Of a stretch of 57,600 bases of DNA, positions 1 to 9,100 are shown piece by piece. The notes below the pieces were generated by a model. The model did not search any database and was not told the origin of the DNA. It was given only the letters and a program-made list of their open reading frames with translations. Every line of letters starts with the position of its first letter. The first letter of the stretch is position 1. The stretch is from Gemmatimonadales bacterium (GTDB lineage: Bacteria; Gemmatimonadota; Gemmatimonadetes; Gemmatimonadales; GWC2-71-9): the NCBI GenBank assembly GCA_011772755.1, contig WVYX01000273.1:1-57600 (forward strand), read 5' to 3'. The position numbers were made by a program, and so were the translations under genes.

Positions 1-862
1 ACGGCTCACCCGAACGCGTCGGTATGATCGTCTTGATGGGGTAGCCCCGGATGCCGCTGGAGTTGTCCCGAAAGGCGATGATGCTGTTGTTCGGATTGGC
101 CTGGAGGGTGTCCTTGATCAGGGCGATGAGGTGTTTCGGGATCTCCTGCCCATCCACCACGAGCCGCCCTTTGAAGAACCAGTGGCGGGAATGCTCGCTG
201 TTGGACTGGGCCACATCGAAGCACTCGACGTTGGTGGGATTGCGGCCAATGCGATTGCGAAACAGATCGGTGTAGTAGTCCAGATCCCAGTCATCGAAAG
301 CCAGCCCCAGCTGCTCATTGATGCGCTCGAAAGCCTTCCGGCCTTCCTCCATCACCGGAACCTCGGCAACCGCATCGGGGGCGACACCGGTTTCGAACGT
401 GTCCAGGGGCTCGGGATACCGACACTCCGTCATCCGGTCGTGCACCTCAGCGAGGAACGCCGCCTGCTCAGCGTCAGTAAGGGGTGTCGACGATTCTAGG
501 AGGTAGCGTCGGGAACGTTCGATGCGGCGGATCTGGTGCAGCCCGCAGGCGTGACAGACGGCCACCGCGTTGGTAGACCAGGCCGTGGTGAAGTTCATCC
601 GGGGGCCCACTTCCAGGACCAGCCCCTTGCAATCCAGGAAGCTCTCGCGGCCGAACTGTGCCGGCTCGAATGTCTCGCTCAGTAGCCAGATGAGAGTCTG
701 AAACTCTTCCGGCGTCAACTCACCGGCGGAATCAATGTTGAAGCAGTACTCGGTTTGGATCTCTTTGACATCGGGGGAGATACGCCGGCGGGCCGTCAGC
801 AGCAGCGCGTTCCGTCGAGCAGTGGAGAGGCCGGGGGCGCGGTAGAGGTGCAGCAGGCCCAT
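1..862 (-). CDS. purL: Phosphoribosylformylglycinamidine synthase, large single-chain type (5' part; runs off the window start)
   Basis: Manual translation from ATG at 862 (not in the ORF track because it is open-ended): MGLLHLYRAPG...EVGPRMNFTTAWSTNAV...HDRMTEC...RNPTNVECFDVAQSNSEHSRHWFFKG...DNSS, which are hallmark FGAM synthase motifs. Confidence 0.93.
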   Translation of the reverse strand, partial: MGLLHLYRAPGLSTARRNALLLTARRRISPDVKEIQTEYCFNIDSAGELTPEEFQTLIWLLSETFEPAQFGRESFLDCKGLVLEVGPRMNFTTAWSTNAVAVCHACGLHQIRRIERSRRYLLESSTPLTDAEQAAFLAEVHDRMTECRYPEPLDTFETGVAPDAVAEVPVMEEGRKAFERINEQLGLAFDDWDLDYYTDLFRNRIGRNPTNVECFDVAQSNSEHSRHWFFKGRLVVDGQEIPKHLIALIKDTLQANPNNSIIAFRDNSSGIRGYPIKTIIPTRSGEP

Positions 863-873
863 GGACTAAACTA
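863..873 (-). promoter_or_regulatory. Candidate -10 box for leaderless purL transcription
   Basis: Minus strand reads TAGTTT-agtcc-ATG, with no Shine-Dalgarno sequence upstream. Confidence 0.4.
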
Positions 874-938
874 ACGTCGCGGGCAAGCCCTGTGGCGAGG
901 CCCCGTGGGGGTTCTTCAAGACGCTGGGGCGCGGACGA

Positions 939-1355
939 TCAGCATGGCCGGTACTCCACCGGCAGCACGGCCGCGATCATGCTGAAGTCCCGGATGTTCT
1001 CCGTGAGCACCGTCGCGCCGAGTAGGACTGCGGAGGTGGCAAGCAGCACATCATTACGCAAGGTCCGCAGCCGTGCCGAACTCAGCCGGCGCTTCGCGGC
1101 CAACGCGGCGAGCGCTTGCCCGGAGAGGACCCAGGCGGCCGCAGGCGGAGTGGCGAGCTTCCCCGCGCGCCGTGCCAGCTCGTGAATGCGATGGACATCC
1201 GCTGCTTCGCGGCTGCCCCGCACCCCGGCCCAGAGTTCCTGGAGCACAATCGCGGACAGGAAGACGCGGAGCCGATCCCCGCGATCCTCGAGTCCAGTTG
1301 TCGCCCCCGCCCTGAGCCACCGGAGCCAGACATTGGTGTCCGGCAACACGATCAC
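939..1355 (-). CDS. vapC: PIN-domain toxin (VapC family)
   Basis: VLPDTNVW...SAIVLQEL...RNDVLLATSA...LTENIRDF carries the acidic PIN residues. The probable GTG start at 1355 overlaps the antitoxin stop (GTGA). Confidence 0.88.
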   Translation of the reverse strand: MIVLPDTNVWLRWLRAGATTGLEDRGDRLRVFLSAIVLQELWAGVRGSREAADVHRIHELARRAGKLATPPAAAWVLSGQALAALAAKRRLSSARLRTLRNDVLLATSAVLLGATVLTENIRDFSMIAAVLPVEYRPC

Positions 1356-1564
1356 CGGCGCCGCGGCCTGCGCACGAGGGGGGAGCGGAAGGTCTTCCAC
1401 TCCGGAGAAGCGCTTCGCAAGATCTCGTTGAGCTGCCGCTCGTACTCTACCTCGTCGAGCAACCGGTCGATGACCTCCGTCTCGGTATCGAGACCCAGGT
1501 ACTCCTTAACGCGCTTGAGCTTCTCGCTATCGATGTTAAGCGTCTTGCGCACCCTACGGCCCAT
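1352..1564 (-). CDS. vapB: Antitoxin (VapB-like, probable ribbon-helix-helix)
   Basis: 70 aa MGRRVRKTLNIDSEKLKRVKEYLGLDTETEVIDRLL..., translationally coupled upstream of the PIN gene. Confidence 0.8.
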   Translation of the reverse strand: MGRRVRKTLNIDSEKLKRVKEYLGLDTETEVIDRLLDEVEYERQLNEILRSASPEWKTFRSPLVRRPRRR

Positions 1565-1580
1565 GGTCGAGTTCTCCGGA

Positions 1581-1613
1581 TGATGGGATGCATACAAGGT
1601 ATGCATACCATCA
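1581..1613. promoter_or_regulatory. Palindromic operator of the vapBC operon
   Basis: TGATGG-g-ATGCATAC-aag-GTATGCAT-a-CCATCA is a near-perfect inverted repeat 16 nt upstream of the antitoxin ATG. Confidence 0.7.
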
Positions 1614-1770
1614 ATATCATGCCAGAATGGGCGTAGTATTCCACACGCCGCGCCCGCCACTCGCGTCCGCCTCGCGCGAAACCCGGGCTCGGCAGCCGAA
1701 CGGGAGCCGTGAGCGCTGAGTGTGGCGCTGCCGGCGGCGAAATCGGTCATGGGTTTCGGCCCGTGCGGTC

Positions 1771-1891
1771 CCCGCGTTGAAACGCGGGCTCGCCGGTGCG
1801 TGCCTCACCGAGCTGCCTTGAAAGGCGCTTGTAGGCCCGCCGTCCTTCAGGACGCGCCGCCGCAGGCGCCGAGCGCGGGTTTCAACCCGCG
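1771..1891. repeat. REP/REPIN-like inverted pair of palindromes
   Basis: CCCGCGTTGAAACGCGGGCT (1771) and, inverted, AGCGCGGGTTTCAACCCGCG (1872-1891) enclose GCCTTGAAAGGC and GTCCTTCAGGAC mini-palindromes. Confidence 0.6.
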
Positions 1892-2101
1892 AATAACGCT
1901 GCAGGCGCCGTGCTCGGCTCTCGCCGCGAAGCAGACGGGGGCGGATTGGCGGAGCAGAGTGGGCGTCAACCCGCGGGCTACGCGGGGCCCGTAGCCGCGC
2001 GCCGAATAGGTTCGCTCGAAATCTCTGTGGCCACGACTGAGATCTCGCGGTCGCTTCGAGTGCGAGGCCGCCGACCCAGCCCGCCACGCGAGGGCATGTT
2101 C

Positions 2102-2137
2102 GAAGCCCCGCGGTTGGGAGGCACCCCGCGGGGCTTC
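2102..2137. terminator. GC-rich hairpin, probable terminator of the 2206 gene
   Basis: GAAGCCCCGCGG...CCGCGGGGCTTC, a 12-bp perfect stem 70 nt downstream of the stop; no clear U-tract. Confidence 0.5.
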
Positions 2138-2205
2138 AAGTGTGGAGCGGTGGTAGAGGCCGACGGCCACAGCGGCTCCACGGCCACGAACTCAGTGCGG
2201 TCGCG

Positions 2206-2949
2206 CTACGGCATGGGCCAGTAGCTCATCTCCGGTCGGTAGGCCAGATGGGTGACCTTGGCATCCGTGATCAGGTCCATGAACCGAGTGACGATATCCT
2301 GCCACTCCTCGGCCCCACCTTTCTCGGCCATCAAGCTCTCGATGCTGTTGGGACCAAAGAAGTTGGACCTGTCGTCATAGAACGTGACAAAGAGGCGCCT
2401 TCCGACGTCGCCCAGCCGGACTCGGTTCGCGCTGATCTCGTAGCGATATCCAATCCTCTTCAGGAAGGCGAGGAACTCGCCGGTGAGGGCATCGAACTCC
2501 TCTTCCTTCCCGGACTTGATCCAGTACTCACCCACCTCGGCCCAGGCCAGCTGCTGCACACCGTCCGGTGCCGGGTAGCTCGACTCTCGCACGTGCTCGA
2601 TGACCTCGTTGCTCACTATCCGGTCGTCGATGGACATCATTGCCTGAAACGCCTCATTCAGGGTCTTCTCCCCGTCCGTGCCCTGGAACTGGCGAACCCA
2701 CTGATCGGGGTCGTCGAAGTACGCCATACTCTTCACCGGATAGACCAATGTGAAGTTGAGCATGTCGCTCCAGAACAACCACGCGTAGTCCCTACTGAGG
2801 TTTGCCTCCTGCGCTGCCTGGGCGATCTTCTCGACGGCGGCCTGGAACGTGAAGTAGTCGTCGGGCTCGACCTTGAACGTCATCACCTGGGCCAAGCCGG
2901 ACCCCTCTCCTCCCTGTGCCACGGCGGGCACCGGCAGCGCCAACGCCAC
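2206..2949 (-). CDS. Secreted protein with two dimeric alpha+beta barrel (NIPSNAP-like) repeats; start codon uncertain or lost
   Basis: Signal-peptide tail LLVALALPVPAVAQ, then two repeats (FKVEPDDYFTFQAAV... / YWIKSGKEEEFDAL...). The ORF upstream of about 2960 does not look protein-like. Confidence 0.6.
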   Translation of the reverse strand: MALALPVPAVAQGGEGSGLAQVMTFKVEPDDYFTFQAAVEKIAQAAQEANLSRDYAWLFWSDMLNFTLVYPVKSMAYFDDPDQWVRQFQGTDGEKTLNEAFQAMMSIDDRIVSNEVIEHVRESSYPAPDGVQQLAWAEVGEYWIKSGKEEEFDALTGEFLAFLKRIGYRYEISANRVRLGDVGRRLFVTFYDDRSNFFGPNSIESLMAEKGGAEEWQDIVTRFMDLITDAKVTHLAYRPEMSYWPMP

Positions 2950-3051
2950 GAGCAGCGCACCCCGCGACGGGCGCCAGTCAGGCTGCCCGACCTGTCCCCC
3001 GGGCCCTCCCGCTCGGGGAGCAGGTTGAGGGGGACGTGGGTTACGCTCACG

Positions 3052-3291
3052 ATGCACCGACCGTTTCGCCTGCGCCTGGCCGCCGGGCTGGTGGCCCTGA
3101 CACTCCTGGCAGGACAGCCGGCAGTGCTGTGCGCGCTCGCCTGCCTGACGCTGCACTCGGCGCCTCGGGCCGAGCACCAGGCCCGGGAGCTAGGTAGTGC
3201 GGCCCGCATCCCCATCACTGGTCCCGAGGCCGACGAGCAGGACGTGCTGATCGTGTTCCGGCTGATCCGGCACTTCCCACTGCCGCGCTAA
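3052..3291 (+). CDS. Small hypothetical or truncated protein with a signal-like N-terminus and a CxxxC motif
   Basis: MHRPFRLRLAAGLVALTLLAGQPAVLCALAC...; TACGCT lies just upstream; the C-terminal half looks non-native. Confidence 0.3.
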   Translation: MHRPFRLRLAAGLVALTLLAGQPAVLCALACLTLHSAPRAEHQARELGSAARIPITGPEADEQDVLIVFRLIRHFPLPR

Positions 3292-3998
3292 CGGTGGTCG
3301 TGCTGATCCGGCCTGGTTCCCCCGGACGCGGCCCTGCCCAGCACCGCCCCGAACCGGACCGCGTTGTGCATCCTGCCCAGTCGAAACCCGTCCTCCAGGG
3401 AAAGGAGAAAGGTGCCTTCGTGACGGGACGTCCATTGAGTGCCGGCCTCGGGCGAGGCAAGAAAGAAGACGTAATGACAGAAGCGGAAGATGCTCTCCTC
3501 GGTCGTGCAGTCAGCCAGCGACAGGTCCGGCAGCAGCAACGAGATGACCGTCTCCCGCGGCTCGACTGAAGTCACCTCGGCGGGCGTCACCGTGAGTTGG
3601 ATGGTCGCCTGGGTCTGGGGGCAGCTCGACTCGAGTTCTGCTGTCACGCCCAGGAGTTGAGGAATGAACAGCCCGTCCCACGCACACCAGTTGTACATCG
3701 TTCGGCCCCGAACGGTGAAGCGATGGGCCATAGGCACGACGGCCAGCCCACCGAACCCGATGATTCGCTTGTCATCGTCGTACAGGACCAGGCTCCTGAG
3801 CCCGCCCTCCAGCAGCGTGACAACCTCACGAGTCGGCACGGCCAGGGCCTGTGCCAACTGCTCTCGGCGTACCGGCGCGCCCCGGGCGAGTAGCCTGTAG
3901 AGCTCCAGGCCGAGGTGTTGCTCCGACTCCGACAGCTCAGGATCCGCAGCGGAGAGCCGTGCTAAGACGTCGTCCAGCCCACCCTGAACCTCCTTCAC
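3288..3998 (-). CDS. merB: Organomercurial (alkylmercury) lyase
   Basis: N-terminal winged helix (LYRLLARGAPV), YNWCAWDGLFIP (catalytic Cys/Asp), SCPQT, and FCHYVFF (second catalytic Cys). Confidence 0.88.
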   Translation of the reverse strand: MKEVQGGLDDVLARLSAADPELSESEQHLGLELYRLLARGAPVRREQLAQALAVPTREVVTLLEGGLRSLVLYDDDKRIIGFGGLAVVPMAHRFTVRGRTMYNWCAWDGLFIPQLLGVTAELESSCPQTQATIQLTVTPAEVTSVEPRETVISLLLPDLSLADCTTEESIFRFCHYVFFLASPEAGTQWTSRHEGTFLLSLEDGFRLGRMHNAVRFGAVLGRAASGGTRPDQHDHR

Positions 3999-4204
3999 GA
4001 TGGCGAGCTAGCGGAAGCTTGCGACTGGATCGGCGGGCATCTGGTGGAGCCGTAGGAACAGAACACACAACAGTCGCCCGGTTTCGGCCGCAGCACGACA
4101 CTGCAGGCGCTGCATTCGTAGAAATACACACAAGCACCGACCGGCATCGACTCATGATGCGTGTGTTGGCAGGTCGGGCAGGTGATAGTGGAGTGCAGTT
4201 GCAT
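3995..4204 (-). CDS. GDCCVxC-domain Cys-rich metal-binding protein
   Basis: MQLHSTITCPTC...MPVGACVYFYECSAC...LRPKPGDCCVFCSYGSTRCPPIQ; its stop overlaps the merB GTG. Confidence 0.9.
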   Translation of the reverse strand: MQLHSTITCPTCQHTHHESMPVGACVYFYECSACSVVLRPKPGDCCVFCSYGSTRCPPIQSQASASSPS

Positions 4205-4292
4205 GGTCTCGAACCGTTCCTTGCGACTGTCAGGGCGACTCGGGCATGCAAGATGCGCCAACAGGCGGGGGGCTCCGAGGCGTCACTATCGA

Positions 4293-4324
4293 AACATAGA
4301 CCCTGCACCCAGGTACAGAGTCAA
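4293..4324 (-). promoter_or_regulatory. MerR-family promoter/operator
   Basis: TTGACT-N20-TATGTT with the dyad GACTCTGTAC-ctgg-GTGCAGGGTC spanning the elongated spacer, as in mer operators. Confidence 0.8.
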
Positions 4325-4430
4325 GGCTTCGGGGGCAAGCAGGGGCACTCCACGAGCCTTACGCAGCCTCGTTTGCGGTCAGGCCGTGATTGCAGTTAAT
4401 TCCTCACCGAACGACGAAGGAATTCCGGCA

Positions 4431-4712
4431 ATGGAAAGCTGGCAGGTCAAAGACCTCCTAGAGACCCTCATCATCGCCGCCGGCTCCCTCGGTGCCCTCG
4501 GAATCGTGGCCAAAACCTGGATAGCCACCCGGACCCGCATCGGACGTGGTGACGTGCAGAAGCTCACGGAGTCGGTGGAGCGCCTGCACGAGAGCGTGGA
4601 GGGCATGCGGGACGAGCTGGGGGACATGTCAGACCGGCTGGACTTTGCCGAGAGAATCCTGGCACAGCTCGCCGAAGGCAAGGTCGAGCAGCGGCAGCTG
4701 CCCAAACACTAG
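4431..4712 (+). CDS. Small single-TM coiled-coil protein
   Basis: MESWQ...LIIAAGSLGALGIVA (TM), then a heptad region ending DRLDFAERIL; AAGGA RBS. Confidence 0.75.
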   Translation: MESWQVKDLLETLIIAAGSLGALGIVAKTWIATRTRIGRGDVQKLTESVERLHESVEGMRDELGDMSDRLDFAERILAQLAEGKVEQRQLPKH

Positions 4713-4817
4713 CCCGACATCCCACCCGTTTGCGTTTCACCATCTAGGCCTCCTGGTCGTGCGGCCGACCGATACCCGACCGGACCACTCGGCCTTCCGG
4801 GCAGTGCGTGTTACCTT

Positions 4818-5957
4818 GTGGCAATGATTGCGCACCCGCCGGTCCGGCAGCCGAGCCGCGTCATTATGCTCCTGGCCGGCTCTATTGGAGTGCTCTCGTG
4901 CAGCAGCCAAGCTGCCCAACGCACCCAACTCGAACCTTCCTTTGCCTCCCGTATCGCCCAGCTCTCGGAGCCGGCCGGGTATTTCGACACCGACAACCTG
5001 ATCTCCAACGAAGCTTCCTACTTGCACGTGATGGGTAAGATGCGGGAGCTTGGCGTCACCGGAGGAGCCTACATAGGCGTGGGTCCGGATCAGAACTTCT
5101 CCTACATCGCGCAGATCCGTCCCAGCATCGCGTTCATCATCGACATTCGGCGGGACAACATGCTCGAGCAGTTGCTGTTCAAGGCGCTGTTCGCGCTGGC
5201 CCGCAACCGCGCCGAGTATCTGAGCCTCCTCTTCGGCAGGCCCCCACCCGGGACCCTCGACGAATGGACCAACCGCGGAATCGCAGAGCTACTGGCGTAC
5301 ATCGACAGCACGCCGACGCGTCCGGAGACGATAGCATCAGCACGCCGCGCTGTGGATCGCACGGTCGCCGCGTTCGATGTGCCACTTTCGGTTGAGGACT
5401 GGGCAACCATCGATCGGTACCACCAGACCTTCATCCGGGAGGGCTTGTCCCTCAAGTTCCGCAGCTTCAGGCGGCCGCCACGGTTCTACTATCCCACCTT
5501 CCGCGAGCTTCTGATGGAACGGGACCTCACCGGTCGGCACACCAACTACCTGGCTTCCGAAGGCGCGTTTCGGGTCGTGAAGTCACTCCAGGACCGGGAC
5601 CTCGTGATTCCCGTAGTCGGGGATCTAGCCGGAACGCATGCCTTGAAGGCCATCGGCCAGCTCATAGCCGCCCGCAGAGAACGAGTGTCTGCGCTCTACA
5701 CTTCGAACGTCGAGTTCTACCTGTTCCGCAGCGGAGGTTTTGGACAGTTCTTGCGGAACGTGGAGCACCTGCCGCGGGATGAGCGTAGCGTCATCATCCG
5801 CAGCGTGTTCCGAGCCACCTTCGGCCCACATCCCCTCTCGGTGCCGGGATACTACAGCACCCAGCTGCTGCAGACACTCGAAACGCTGGTCGAGGAGGCC
5901 GCGGATGGTGGGTACCGAAGCTACTGGGAATTGGTGACGAAGCACGCCCTAAGGTAG
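4818..5957 (+). CDS. Conserved exported hypothetical protein, possible SAM-binding Rossmann-like fold
   Basis: Lipoprotein-like signal (GVLSC), DTDNLISNE, Gly-rich GGAYIGVGPDQN, IIDI, YTSNVE. Confidence 0.6.
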   Translation: MAMIAHPPVRQPSRVIMLLAGSIGVLSCSSQAAQRTQLEPSFASRIAQLSEPAGYFDTDNLISNEASYLHVMGKMRELGVTGGAYIGVGPDQNFSYIAQIRPSIAFIIDIRRDNMLEQLLFKALFALARNRAEYLSLLFGRPPPGTLDEWTNRGIAELLAYIDSTPTRPETIASARRAVDRTVAAFDVPLSVEDWATIDRYHQTFIREGLSLKFRSFRRPPRFYYPTFRELLMERDLTGRHTNYLASEGAFRVVKSLQDRDLVIPVVGDLAGTHALKAIGQLIAARRERVSALYTSNVEFYLFRSGGFGQFLRNVEHLPRDERSVIIRSVFRATFGPHPLSVPGYYSTQLLQTLETLVEEAADGGYRSYWELVTKHALR

Positions 5958-6159
5958 GAAACCCTGGGCCTCGCCCTCGAGTCGCCTTGTGAGATAGGCT
6001 TCGAGATCCGGCCCGCCCGGATTCGCCAGGACGGCGTCCACCCAAGCTTCCCGCTCACGCTAAGCACAGCCAGGTCCCACACGCAGGCGACCATGTCCCA
6101 CGATGTGGTGGGACGGAGGGACCGAACGGCCCGGGGGGCGTACGGCCGACTCAGCGTGA

Positions 6160-9100
6160 TCATTGCTGCCGCCGATTCCGGGACAACGACTTGTAGTACT
6201 CCTCCACCAGCCTGCGATACTCTGCCGGCACCTCTTCCGAACCCGACAAGAAGAGCCGCTCGACATCGGCGCCCTCGATCTGCCGCCGGAGGGCGTACTC
6301 GAACTCCTTGAGTCCCGGAATGATGTCGCCCGCAAGCTCCGCCAGACCTCGTGGATCGCCGATGGGCAGCCGGTTCTCCAAGGCGCGAACGCCCCTGAGG
6401 ATCTCGTCGAGCCGCTGGACATCCACCCCCTCGCGCTGGAGCTCGCGCCTCAGCTCCGTCAGCTCGCTCCGTCGTTCAGCCAGCTCACGCCGGAACTGTC
6501 GCACGTCACCGGGTGAGAGCTGACCTGGGCCGCCTCCCCTCGGGGGTGCGCCACCGAGCTCGCTCGGCGCCACCCCTTCCTGAGCCTCCTGCCTCCCTTG
6601 CCCCTGCCGCCCCTGTTGCCGTCCCTGCCCTTGCTGCCCCTGCTGTGATTCCTGCCCCCGCTGTCCCTCCTCTCCCCGCGCCCTCATCCGCTCGTCCAGC
6701 GACTCCAGGGCATTCACGAGTTCTCGCGCTCGATCGAGCGACCGACTCAGGCGCTGCTCCCTTGACTCGCCGATGGCACCGAGGGCATCGCGAAGCTGCT
6801 GCGCCAACTCGTCGAGATCCGAGCCGATCTGCTCCTCGAAGTTCCGGGCGTATTCCGGTGATCGCCCCTGCACCACCCCCCGGGAAAAGCGAATCTTGTC
6901 GGCCAGCCGGGCATCCCGCATCCCCTTTGCAGCTTCCTGGAGCTTGCGGGAAGCATCAGGCTGCTCATCCCGTGAGTTCCGGGCCAGGTCAAGCAGCTGA
7001 GATTCGAGGTCATCCGCCTCGCTGGCCATCTCGTCCTTACGCTCAACCAACCTCTTCACGCGCTCGGCACGCCCCGTCTCGTCCTGTCCGAGCCGCTCCA
7101 CGTCCCGGATGACATCCCGTTCCTGTTCGGCAAGGCGCTCGGCGCGGCGCAGCGCATCTCGAACCTCCCGCTCCAAGCTGGCAGAGCGGTTCTCCTCCAG
7201 TAACCGACGCGCCTCGCGGAGCCGATCCAGCGCCGCGCTCCCCTGGGCAGCGCCCCCTGAGCGCTGATTGGCGGCAGCGCGCCGCATCGCCTCCACCGCA
7301 TCCCCGAGACGCCGCGCAGTTTCCTGGAGATCCGGCCGCGACTGCTCCCGGGCCAACCGCTCCAGTCGGCGAGCTACCTCCTCGGCTTGGTCTGCCAGGC
7401 GTCGCTGCGCCTGGCCACCACCCCCGCCCGCACTGTTGAGGTTCTGCGCCCCCGCGCGCATCCGTTCATTCTCCTGCTGCTGGCGTCGTGCCAGCTCCCT
7501 TAGCTTCTCGAGCACCTCGTCGATCTGTTGGTCAACCTGCCGCCGCTCCCCTCGATCGACGCTCTCGTACTGGTTCCGCAGCTTGTCCAGCTCAAGATCG
7601 AACAGGTCGGCCAGCTCCTCGGCACTTGCGGCCTGACCTCCACCGCCGCCCTGGCTCACCATCCGGTCGCGGAACGCCGCCTCAGCGCGCTGTAGGTGCT
7701 GCAGCGCCCGCTGCTCCGGCGAGAGCGCCTCCTGCAGCTTGCGTACCCCCAGCGACTCCTCCGCCACCTCCATTTCCTTCACGGCCTGGGGCAATGCCTC
7801 AGCGACCGCCCGGAAGGTGGAGTCGAGCTCCACGACGCGCCGCCCCTCGATTCGCCGCACCAGCGTCTCGACCTCCTCGCGGAGACGCCCCTGGGCCAGC
7901 GCCAACGTGGCGAGGTTCTCACGCATCTCGGAGCCGGTGTACTCGGTGGAGTCCCGCACCAGCTTGAACGTGGCCGCCACGATCTGCCGCTGGCGCCGGG
8001 ACAGCTCTCCCACGTTGTCCCCAGCTCCCCCACCACCACCACCCTGAGCCTCGGCCTGACGGTACCGCCGGTCGAACGGCCGAACTTCCATGAAGTAGAT
8101 GTCAGTGGTGGTCGTCTGTGGCCCGCCGACTCGGTTGCCGTCCGTCGCGCGGGCGAAATACGAGATGAAGTCGCCAGGCTGGAGCTCGGTCTCCTCGAGA
8201 TAGAACGTATGCCCAGCTAGGAGCTGCTTCCGGGCACCACCACCCGTGTACAGCTCCACAATCTGCTCCGGTCCACCGTTCACCGAGTACACCAGTTCGA
8301 GCTGGCCGACGCCGTAGTCGTCTTCCGCCTCCACCTCGACGAAAACCTCCTCGATGCTCGTCACGGTGATGTCACGCCCCGGCTTGGCGAACGAGACCGC
8401 TGGAGGCTGATCACTGAGCGCGTCGATGTAGTAGTCGGGAGAACCCACGACCTCGGTCCCGTCGAGGCTATGCAACACAACCCGGTACAACCCGTCCCTT
8501 CTGACCTGGAGCGTCCCAGTCAGTATGCCGTCGGCCGACTCAAGGGGAATCGTGTCCCGCTCGTCGATCACGATGGCGCCGCCGTCCACCGGCATGGTGG
8601 GGATGACCGTCAGGACGACCCGGGTCCCGGCGAGGGCGGCTATGTCGCCACCGTCCTCGTAGCGCTGCGGGCTGAGCCCCGTGTACGCAGGGAAGCGGTA
8701 CTCGAGGTCGATCCGGTCCACATAGGGCAGATCCCGGACCTCGATCCGATAGACTGCAGAGCGAACACCGCTCGCCTCCACCAGGTACTCGGTGGCCTGT
8801 TCGAGGTTGAACGCCAAGAAGACGTACTCCCCAACCTCCTCGTCAATCGTCATGGGCCAGCGCACCCATTGCTCTTCATCGCCCCGCTTGAGGGCGATCT
8901 CCACCAGCTCCGAATCGAAGTTCCGGAGGCGGGCCGTCACCTTGAGATCCGCACCCCGGGGCACCGCAGCGTCACCCGGCTCGACCTCGATACTGTAGGG
9001 ACTGCTCGCCGGTCCGGTACTCCACGGGGCCAAGAGGAACGGCGCGCTGTTGGCGACGAAACCGGGACGCAGCAGGAAGACCGCCGCACTCATCAGCGTC

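Noticed and set aside
1660-2140. CRISPR array (GTTTCAA/TTGAAAC resemble CRISPR repeat ends)
   Set aside because: Only 2-3 non-identical copies, in inverted orientation, with no regular spacers and no cas genes.
3190-3206. Third copy of the MITE end (TAGTGCGGCC)
   Set aside because: Only 10 nt match, which is expected by chance at this GC content.
3995-4204. Possible selenoprotein, since some GDCCVxC members use Sec
   Set aside because: All motif positions are Cys codons and there is no in-frame TGA before the stop.
6580-6670. Tandem CCCTG-rich repeats
   Set aside because: They encode the Gln/Gly low-complexity linker of the DUF4175-like protein.
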